From the human T2T-CHM13v2.0 reference genome, Homo sapiens: a stretch of DNA of 64,000 nucleotides. Made by a program: the position numbers and the translations under genes. This document shows, piece after piece, positions 46,729-64,000 of the stretch. Location of the stretch: assembly GCF_009914755.1 (NCBI RefSeq), contig NC_060940.1; one strand, given 5' to 3'. Numbering within the stretch: the stretch's first letter is position 1; every line of letters starts with the position of its first letter. The notes beneath the pieces were generated by a model that was not told the origin of the DNA, did no database searches, and saw only the letters and a list, made by a program, of their open reading frames with translations.

Positions 46729-47160
46729 TTAGAGATGATGGCCAAATAGGAACAGCTCCAGTCTACAGCTCCCAGCAGGAGCGACGCAGAAGACGGGTGA
46801 TTTCTGCATTTCCATCTGAGGTACCGGGTTCATCTCACTAGGGAGTGCCAGACAGTGGGTGCGCGCACCATGCGCGAGCCAAAGCAGGGCAAGGCATTGC
46901 CTCACTCGGGAAGTGCAAGGGGTCAGGGAATTCCCTTTCCTACTCAAAGAAAGGGGTGACAGATGGCACCTGGAAAATCGGGTCACTCCCACCCGAATAC
47001 TGCGCTTTTCCGAAGGGCTTAAAAAACTGCACACCAGGAGATTATATCCCGCACCTGGCTCGGAGGGTCCTACGCCCACGGAGTCTCCCTGATTGCTAGC
47101 ACAGCAGTCTGAAATCAAACTGCAAGGTGACAGCGAGGCTGGGGGAGGGGTGCCCGCCAT
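46729..47160 (-). CDS. L1 antisense ORF0, open and C-terminally extended (143 aa; expression unproven)
   Basis: MAGTPPPASLSPCSLISDCCASNQ… matches the recalled ORF0 N-terminus; no stop until TAA in the TSD. Confidence 0.5.
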   Translation of the reverse strand: MAGTPPPASLSPCSLISDCCASNQGDSVGVGPSEPGAGYNLLVCSFLSPSEKRSIRVGVTRFSRCHLSPLSLSRKGNSLTPCTSRVRQCLALLWLAHGARTHCLALPSEMNPVPQMEMQKSPVFCVAPAGSCRLELFLFGHHL

Positions 47161-47615
47161 TGCCCAGGCTTGCTTAGGTAAACAAAGCAGCCGGGAAGCT
47201 CGAACTGGGTGGAGCCCACCACAGCTCAAGGAGGCCTGCCTGCCTCTGTAGGCTCCACCTCTGGGGGCAGGGCACAGACAAACAAAAAGACAACTGTAAC
47301 CTCTGCAGACTTAAATGTTCCTGTCTGACAGCTTTGAAGAGAGCAGTGGTTCTCCCAGCACGCAGCTGGAGATCTGAGAACGGGCAGACTGCCTCCTCAA
47401 GTGGGTCCCTGACCCCTGACCCCCGAGCAGCCTAACTGGGAGGCACCCCCCAGCAGAGGCAGACTGGCACCTCACACGGCCGGGTACTCCAACAGACCTG
47501 CAGCTGAGGGTCCTGTCTGTTAGAAGGAAAACTAACAAACAGAAAGGACATCCACACCAAAAACCCATCTGTACATCACCATCATCAAAGACCAAAAGTA
47601 GATAAAACCACAAAG

Positions 47616-48632
47616 ATGGGGAAAAAACAGAGCAGAAAAACTGGAAACTCTAAAAAGCAGAGCGCCTCTCCTCCTCCAAAGGAACGCAGTTCCTCACCAG
47701 CAACGGAACAAAGCTGGACAGAGAATGACTTTGACGAGCTGAGAGAAGAAGGCTTCAGACGATCAAATTACTCCGAGCTATGGGAGGACATTCAAACCAA
47801 AGGCAAAGAAGTTGAAAACTTTGAAAAAAATTTAGAAGAATGTATAACTAGAATAACCAATACAGAGAAGTGCTTAAAGGAGCTGATGGAGCTGAAAACC
47901 AAGGCTCGAGAACTACGTGAAGAATGCAGAAGCCTCAGGAGCTGATACGATCAACTGGAAGAAAGGGTATCAGTGATGGAAGATGAAATGAATGAAATGA
48001 AGTGAGAAGGGAAGTTTAGAGAAAGAAGAATAAAAAGAAATGAGCAAATCCTCCAAGAAATATGGGACTATGTGAAAAGACCAAATCTACGTCTGATTGG
48101 TGTACCTGAAAGTGACGGGGAGAATGGAACCAAGTTGGAAAACACTCTTCAGGATATTATTCAGGAGAACTTCCCCAATCTAGCAAGGCAGGCCAACATT
48201 CAGATTCAGGAAACACAGAGAACGCCACAAAGATACTCCTCGAGAAGAACAACTCCAAGACACATAGTTGTCAGATTCACCAAAGTTGAAATGAATGAAA
48301 AAATGTTAAGGGCAGCCAGAGAGAAAGGTCGGGTTACCCTCAAAGGGAAGCCCATCAGACTAACAGCGGATCTCTCAGCAGAAACTCTACAAGCCAGAAG
48401 AGAGTGGGGGCCAATATTCAACATTCTTAAAGAAAAGAATTTTCAACCCAGATTTTCATATCCAGCCAAACTAAGCTTCATAAGTGAAGGAGAAATAAAA
48501 TACTTTACAGACAAGCAAATGCTGAGAGATTTTGTCACCACCAGACCTGCCCTAAAAGAGCTCCTGAAGGAAGCGCTAAACATGGAAAGGAACAACCGGT
48601 ACCAGCCGCTGCAAAATCATGCCAAAATGTAA
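47616..48632 (+). pseudogene. L1 ORF1p, disrupted
   Basis: MGKKQSRKTGNSK…RYQPLQNHAKM*; in-frame TGA at 47943-47945 and 48003-48005. Confidence 0.95.
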
Positions 48633-48695
48633 AGACCATCGAGACTAGGAAGAAACTGCATCAACTAATGAGCAAAATAACCAGCTAACATCATA

Positions 48696-52517
<3,822 letters not shown>

Positions 52518-52753
52518 ACAATGAGAACACATGGACACAGGAAGGGGAACATCACACTCTGGGGACTGTTGTGGGGTGGGGGGAGGGGCGGAGGGATGGC
52601 ATTGGGAGATATACCTAATGCTAGATGACGAGTTAGTGGGTGCAGGGCACCAGCATGGCACATGTATACATATGTAACTAACCTGCACATTGTGCACATG
52701 TACCCTAAAACTTAAAGTATAATAATAATAATAAAAAGATTATATAATTAGAG

Positions 52754-54245
52754 TAACAGAAAGAAAAAGATAATGATTGAAAACTTCCAAAATTTGATTT
52801 TTTAAAAACACAAAAAGCTGAACAAATTCCAGAGAGGATAAACTCAGAGGTACCTCATGATAAAAAATTTGATAGACGTAACATCATACAAAGTATGGTT
52901 GAAAACACCAAAAGCTCAACAAATTCCAGAGCGGATAAACTCAGAGATACCTCATGATAAAAAATTTGATAGACCTAACATCATACAAAGTATGTTCTCC
53001 AACCACAGTGGAATAAAATTAGGAAACAATGACAGAAGAAAAGTAGAGAAATTCATAAATATGTAGAAATTAACCAACACACTATTCAAAGGACAGTAGG
53101 TCAAAAAAGAATTAACAAAGGAAATTAGAAAATACCTAGAGATGAAGAAAAAGAAAACACAGCAAAACCTATGGGATGCAGCTAAAGCAGTGCTTAGCAT
53201 GAAACACACAGCTGTAAGCACCTATGTGAGGAATAAATCACCAAAATCTCACTACAAGAAAGTAAAAAAGAAAGGTCAACTAAACTCAAAGCAAATAGAA
53301 GGAAATAGTAAAGATTAGCGTGGAAGTAAATACATTGGAGAATGGGAAAATGTAGAGAAAATCAACAAAGTAGTACTTTGTACTTTGTAAAGATTAGGAG
53401 AATTGAGAAACTTATAGTTAGACTCCAAGAAAAGTAGAGAGAGCAAAAAAAGAGAGAGAAGGAAGGGAGACAGAGATGGAGAGAGAGGGAGAAAATATTC
53501 AATTACTACAACTGGGAATAAAAGGACATTACTGCTGACCTCAGATAAATAAAAGGGTTATGAGGAAATAAAATTAACAGTTGTATTACAACAAATTAGA
53601 TAACATAGATGAAATGGAAAAACTGCTAGAAACACAAACTACCAAAGCTGACTAAAGAAGTAATAGAAATTTGATTCGTACATCTATTTTGAAAAAGTTT
53701 GGCAGTTTTTCTAAAGAAATATGATCTAATCATTCCATTCTTAAGGATTTAGCTAAGAACAATATATGTTCATACAAAGATTTATATATTAATGTTCATT
53801 GCAACTTTATTGTAATAGCCAGAAAGTGAAAACAACCCAAATTTCTATCAACAATTGAATGGATGTGTTATATTCATACTTAATACTAAGCAATAAAAAA
53901 GGAATGAATCAATGCTACAATATAGATGAATCTGAAAATAATTATGCTGGATGACAGAAGGCAGAAAAAAGTACACATAATGCATGATTTCATTTATATA
54001 CATTTTAAAGAATGCACAATTTCACAGAAAGCAGATCAGCGATTATCTGGAGTTAAAGAGTGGGACAGGGATGAGTGGGAAGAAGGAATTACAAAGATGC
54101 ACAAGGAAAGTTTTTGGGGTGATTGAAATGTTTTTATTGTCCTGATGGTTTCATAGATATATACATAGACCAACCTATCAAACTGTACACTTTAATTAGT
54201 TCACTTTATTGTATTTCTCTTGTGCTTCAATAAAGCTGTTTAAAA
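52754..54245 (+). mobile_element. Old L1M fragments (host of the L1PA insertion) and 3' end
   Basis: IIQSMFSNHSGIKL (EN domain), aacctatgggatgcagctaaagcagtgcttag, …tcaataaagctgttt. Confidence 0.75.
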
Positions 54246-54278
54246 ATGACATATGCATGATTCAATCAGTAGCTGTAG

Positions 54279-54690
<412 letters not shown>

Positions 54691-55104
54691 TAATAAAGCA
54701 TTGCTCAAGTAAAATCTCTGTATCATAATATCCGCCTATCAGACACTGCCTTCATCCTTTGAATCTTGGAACTTTTATCCTCAATTGGCCTAGATTATTG
54801 TACCAATTTCTCAGCCACTTTTCCTGTGTTCCTTTGCTTTAGTTTCATATGTGTTTTATTTTGGCACTAGAAATGATAAGAAAGCTAGGGCCTCCTGAGG
54901 GCAGGATTATATGAGACTTCAAATAACTTCAATAGAGTTAATGATAAAGGAAAATATAGAAAATAAAGAATTGATAACAAGTAGGGGAATACTGCCACCT
55001 TTGGACTAGAGAGAATAGTTATCTTTATTTTTCTTTTGTCGTGCCTTTTTGTGAATCTTGAACGTAATAAAAATATTTCTCATGGGCTGATATGCCTTTT
55101 TAAT

Positions 55105-55657
55105 ATACACTTTTATTTTAAGTTCAGGGGTACATGTGGAGGTTTGTTACATGCCTATGTAACATGTGTCATGGGGGTTTGTTGTACAGATTATCTCGCC
55201 ATCCAGGTATTAAGTCTAGTACCCATTAGTTATTTTTTTTTATTCTCTCCATGTATTCTCATCATTTAGCTCCCACCTATAAGTGAGAACATGCAGTGTT
55301 TCATTTTCTGTTCCTGCGTTAGTTTGCTAAAGATAATGGGAAGACAACCTAGGCAATACCATTCAGGACGTAGGCACGGGCAAAGATTCATGAAGAAGAT
55401 GTCAAAAACAATTGCAACAAAAGTACACATTGACAAATGGGATCTAATTAAACTGAAGAGCTTCTGCACAGCAAAAGAAACTATCAACAGAGTAAATAGA
55501 TAACCTACAGAATGGGAGACAATTTTTGCAAACTATGCATCTAGTGAAGGCCTAATATCCAGCATCTATACGGAACTTCAAACTTACAAAAAAAAAAAAA
55601 AACCATCCCATTAAAAAGTGGACAAAGGACATGAACAGATACTTCTCAAAAGAAGAG
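55105..55657. mobile_element. Short older L1PA with 5' inversion (3' end on - strand 55105-55338; ORF2 piece on + strand 55339-55657)
   Basis: Antisense 3'UTR/…MFSLIGGS abuts sense …[18 protein letters not shown]. Confidence 0.8.
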
Positions 55658-56259
55658 ATGTCTTATGAATTATAAGTGAAAATTCTTTGAGGTACTTCAT
55701 TTTTTTACTTTCATTCCAAAGCTTGACAGATTTACCACTATAATATCTTGCTTTAGAATAACTTGTGTAATTGCCCATGAAATTCCCAATTTTTTAGTTA
55801 ACTATATTTAAAAATCCACATAAATATGCATGTAGCAAATGACTTTTTTAGTTATTCAGAAATTCTACAATAATTTTAAATATAACACCATCTCATGGAT
55901 GTATCGATATAGGATCAGAAATATTTTTGTGTATGTTTCATACATGGTTGAATAAGACTTCATATATCTGAGTACTCCAGGACTTTAATAATTTAATAAG
56001 AATGTATAGACATTGTGGCTGTAGGCCATACTTCCCTTTTGTCCACAGTCACTGACACATTTTCTTATAACTTGGGTACAACAGGTTCCCCACCTTTCCT
56101 TAAGAACTCTTATCTTTTAGGGGGGTACACAATGATTATTTACTAATTTCTACACTCTTTATAACTTGTTTTTGCTGTTTTGTTGTTTTTACAAGTAGTG
56201 TCAGTATGTTTTAAAAACACTAGAGAATGGGAACACACCTGTGTCTCTTGCCCCTCCTT

Positions 56260-57700
56260 TGATTCATTCATTTAGTCATGCAGTAAATATCTGAGTGCCA
56301 TCTGTATGACAGGAACCCTTCAGGAAATATAGTTATGAAGCTACACAGGTAAAGCCACCGTCCAGATGAAGCATATTTTCTAATGAGAGACAATAGACAG
56401 TAAGCAAGTAAATAAGTGGATATGTGATAGAATTTTTGGTAGTAATAAGTGCAAAGGAGAAAAAGCAGAGTGAAGAGACTGGGTATGGCCAGAGGGGCTT
56501 TTTTTTTTTTTTGCTAGAGTGTTCTAGGAAGTGCTTTTTAAAGAGATACTTCAGCATAGACCAGAATTAAGTAAATGAAGGAGCCAAGGGAAAATCTAGG
56601 AGAAGAGTAAGCAACGTCAGAAGGCCAGAATAGAGGAGAGTGAGCAGCACAAGAGGAAATGAGCATCAAAGTGCATAGACACCGGATCCCTGCAAGCATT
56701 TGCATTTTGTTCCAAGTGGTATAGAAATTTTGCCATTACATCTGAGCTCTACATTAAATGATCACATTAGCTGCTGTATGAATAGGCTGCAGGGAGGCAA
56801 GAACAGAAGTAAATAAAAACCAATTAAGAAACTATTCTAATTATTCCAGGCAAGTGGTAATTATAGCTTGGTTAAGGATGCGAGTGTCAGAAATAATGAA
56901 AAGTGGCAAGATTGGGAATATATATTAAAGTTAGAGCAGATAAGAGTTTTTCATGGCTTGGCTATGCAGGGGTATGGGAAAGTGGAAAGAATTGTAATTT
57001 TTAAGTATTTTTGTCTCAGCAGCTAGAAGCTGACATCAACTGAGATGGATAGGACTAAAGGAGGGGAATGTTAGTGAAAATGGATTGCTGTAATCAAGAA
57101 TTTGTTTGGGAGCATATTAAGCATAAGGTTCCAATTAGAGATTTCAGTGGACATTTTGAGTTTTGGTGGGAATTCAACAATGGAATACAGAGAAGGAATG
57201 ATAAATTTGGGGTGTGTTCTGTTCATATGCATGCTATCTAACTAATGCCTGTGACTAGATAGAATCACTTATTAACACGAATATGAATAGCAGAAAGATC
57301 ATTAACAGGAACTAAAGATTAATGTTTTCTTATGTTAGGAGGTTGGGTGAAAGAAGAAGAACAAGCCCAGCAAAGTGCCTGAGAAGGAAGGTATGAAAAC
57401 TTGGAGAGTATTATATCTGCATCCTGTTTCCCCTGTCCTCTTTCCTTCAAATGAAGGATAAAGACACAGGGATGTCTTTGGCCTATGGATGTCCAGTTGC
57501 ACCATCACCATTTACTGAAAAGGCTATACTTCTTCTATTGAGTTGCTTTTGCAACTTTGCCATGTCAAGTACTGTCAACAAATTTAAGAGGAAAAGAATT
57601 GTCCATTAGATTTCTCAAGGTGGAGGTCACTTGTGACCTTGGCAAAAATGATTTCAGATGAGTTGTGGGGACAAAAATCTTAGAGTAGACTCAAGAGAAT
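56260..57700 (-). mobile_element. L2 LINE remnants
   Basis: attcattcattt start; ggaggtcacttgtgaccttggcaaaa motif. Confidence 0.6.
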
Positions 57701-58293
57701 TGAGAGATGAGTCATATAATTTTTTCTACAAAGGAAAGTAGGGTAAAAAATTGATAACTTGGATTAATACAGAGAGGTGCATATGTATGTGTGTGTTTGT
57801 GCATGCACACCTGTGTGTTTTGGTGGAGATAGTACATATGGCATGCTTGTGAGGTGATTGGAATGGTGCAGGAAGAGAAAAAAATGAAGATGCCAGAGAA
57901 AGGGAAACTATTATAGAAACAAAGTATTTGAGTGAGTGGAAGGGGATGAGATCTAGTGCACAAGGAATTATCAAAGGCCTTTAATACATTGTAGCAGCAA
58001 AGGTGGCTGAGAATATACATACATACACACAAATAAATATGGATATATATACACACACATATATACGTATATTCCTCATAAAAGACTAAGAAAAGCTGGA
58101 TGATCTTATCAACAGATGCAGAAAAAGCTTTGAACAAAATTCAACACCACTTGTAATTAAAATATCTAAAGAAACCCACTCAACTACAAATAGGAACTTC
58201 CTGAATAAAGTATGTGTATGATGTCTGTGGCTAATGTTAGAATTAATAGCAAGAGACTTAAGTATTTGCCTTCTAAGATTATTAAGAAGTCAA

Positions 58294-58588
<295 letters not shown>

Positions 58589-60740
58589 AAGTCAAATATG
58601 TCCTCTCTAACTCCTCATACTCAACATCATACTGGAAGTCTTAGCCAGGGAAATAAGACAAGAAGAAAAATTATATAGATTGGAAAGGAAGAAGCCAATT
58701 TTTATTCACAAATGAAATGATGGTCTATGTAGGAAATTGAAATGAATGTAACTTCTGGACCTAAGTGGGTATATCAAGGTCACTAGATACAAGTATAACA
58801 TACAAAAGTCAATTGTTGTCATATATAACAAAGAACAATTAAAATTTGAAATTTAATTTAGAAAACATTATTTAAAACAGTACACACACACACAAAAATG
58901 AAGTATTGAGGTATAAAGCTGAAACGTTCGTTTACAGTGTCTGTATGCGAAATACTACAAAACACTGATGATGGAAATCAAAGAAGATCCGATTAAATGG
59001 AAATGTAGTCAATATTCGTATACTGGAGGAATTGATATTGTTAAAATACCAATTCTTTCAAACTTGTTCTATAGATTCAACACAATCCTAATCAAAATTC
59101 AGGAAAGCTATTTTGAAGATATTGGCAAACTTACTCTGAATTTTTTTATAGAAAGGCAAAAGACCAATGCAACATTAGAGAAGAACAAAGTTATAAGACT
59201 TGCATTACCTGACATTAAATACATCACAATGTTCTATAAATCTAAAGCAATCAAGGCAGCATGGTATTGGTGAAAGAACAGACACACAGATCAGTGGGAC
59301 AGAATAGAGAGACCAGAGACAGACTCACAAATATAGTCAAATGAGATATATATGTCTATATATATATATATAACAAAGGCAATTCAATGAAGAGAAGATA
59401 GTCTTCTCAACAAGTGGTGCTAAAACAATTAGATATACATACGTCCTCTCCCCTAAAAAATGAACCTAGACACACATCTTATACCTTACACAAAATTAAC
59501 TCAAAATGTATTATAAATTAAATGTAAAATGCAAAGCTATACCACTTGTAGAAGAAAACACAGGAGAAAATCTATGTGACCTTGTTGGATATTTGTACCT
59601 TGATGAAATTTTAAGTACAACCCCATGAAACAAAAAATTGACAAAAGCTTTATTAAAAGAAAAAAAGCCCTTTTACTTTGTGAAATATTATGTTAAGAAG
59701 GTCAAATGGCAAGTCATAGACTGAGAATATATTTTCAAATCACAAAAGACTTGGGTTCAAAATATACAAATGACTCTTAAAATTCAACAATAAGAAATTA
59801 AGCAACCTAATTATAAATGAGCAAAAACCAGTTGATCTTTGACAAAGTTGCAAAAGCAGCTCAATAGAGGAAGGATAGCTTTTTCAGTAAATGGTGATGG
59901 TGCAACTGGACATCCATAGGCCAAAAATTGAACCTCAGCCTGAACTTCACATTTTTACAAAAATTAACTAAAAAATGGATTATGTACTTAAATGCAAAAC
60001 TAAAACTACCAAACTTCAGAAAAAACAGGAGAAAAACTGCATCTAGGGCTAAGTAAATAGCCCTCTTATTTTACACCAAAAGCATGAACCATTGAAGGGA
60101 AAATGGCAAGTTGGACTCCATCAAAATTAAAAGTGTTTGCTCTGTGAAAGACTATGAATAGGAATAAAAATAATTACAGACCACTAAAAGTATTTGCAAG
60201 CCAATATTCACAAAAGAACTCATGTATAGAACATATAACAAATTCTAAAACCTCAGCAGAAAAATAAATAATCCAATTAGAAAATGTGAAAAAGACATGA
60301 AGAGATATTTCACTTAAGAGGATATTCCGATGGCAGGTAACCATGTGAAAAGATGTTTCACATCATTAGCCTTTAGGTAAATGCATTAAAGTGACAATTA
60401 GATATCATTACCTATCACAATAAAAAATAGCAACAATAAAATGTTGGCGAGGATGTGGAGAAACTGGATCACCCATACATTATTGATGAGTTTGGCAATT
60501 CCCTACAAAGACAAAATGTTCTGTACCTTGACTGCATCAACTTAAATATCAAGTTGTGGTATTGTACCATAGTTTTACAAGTGTTACCATTGGGGGAAAC
60601 TCAATAAAGGCTACAGAGGATCTCACTGTACTATTTCCTACAACTTCATGTGAATCTACAAAATTTTATCTCAAAATAAAAATTTTATTTTTAAAATGGG
60701 CAAAATATCTGAAGAGACACTTCATCAAAAAAGATATACA

Positions 60741-61076
<336 letters not shown>

Positions 61077-61641
61077 TCATTTTTTTGGGAAATTCAAATT
61101 AAATCAACAATGAAGATACTACTACACACCTATCAAAATTGCTAAAATCCAAAATCAGGAAAATTGCAATTGCTATTATTAATAGTTAATCTGTGGGGTG
61201 CTGGAAACTCTCATGTATTGCTTGTGGGAAAGCAAAATAGTACAACCACTTAGGACAGCAGTTTGGCAGCTTCTTACAAAGTAAAACATAGTCTCATCAC
61301 ATGATCCAACAGTAGAGTGTTCCTAGGTATTTGCATACTGATTTGAAAACTTACCAGCGCACAAAACCTGTACACAAATGCTTATAGCAGCCATATTCAT
61401 ATTCACCCAAAACTGGAAGCAAATAAGATGTTCTTCAATAAGTGAATGTGTAAACTAACTGCAGTACATTTCTACAAAAGAATACTAGTCATTAACAAAA
61501 AGGAGCATCATGCAAAACATGGATGAATCTCAAATGCATATTTCTAGGTGAAACAAGGAAGTTTGAAAAACCTACATACATCAATTGGAATGACTGATTC
61601 CATTTATATGATATTCTGGAAAAGGCAAACTATAAAGATCA

Positions 61642-64000
<2,359 letters not shown>

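Overview
Primate (human-like) genomic DNA, not microbial. There is no intact conventional protein-coding gene, and most of the ORF track is translated Alu/L1. The left third is a segmental-duplication mosaic typical of the chromosome 15 GOLGA core duplicon (locus assignment is inference from recalled protein sequences). It holds an orphan CHRNB4 exon 2 (+, 9025-9173), five stop-free GOLGA6L-type exons with no visible exon 1 (-, 11831-13489), an unprocessed MPHOSPH10 pseudogene with exons 1-5 (-, 15702-22912) and, head-to-head across a CpG island, a copy of MCEE exon 1 (+, 23333-23372). The rest is repeat-dense: an HNRNPA1 3'UTR retrocopy, a MER11 solo LTR, a full-length dead L1PA2/3 (46735-52735), an LTR12, and many Alu, old L1, L2, MIR, MaLR and MER elements. 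Top observations: (1) a possible promoter-capture chimeric gene in which MPHOSPH10-pseudogene exon 5 donates an alternative-frame ATG in phase with the GOLGA exons (142 aa); (2) both start codons at the duplicated bidirectional promoter read ATA; (3) a tandem inverted-Alu array at the right end has a strand-specific A-to-G skew resembling fossilised ADAR hyper-editing, with an LTR12 promoter inserted pointing into it. Family calls are from memory of consensus sequences, and repeat boundaries are approximate unless a TSD or splice site is quoted.
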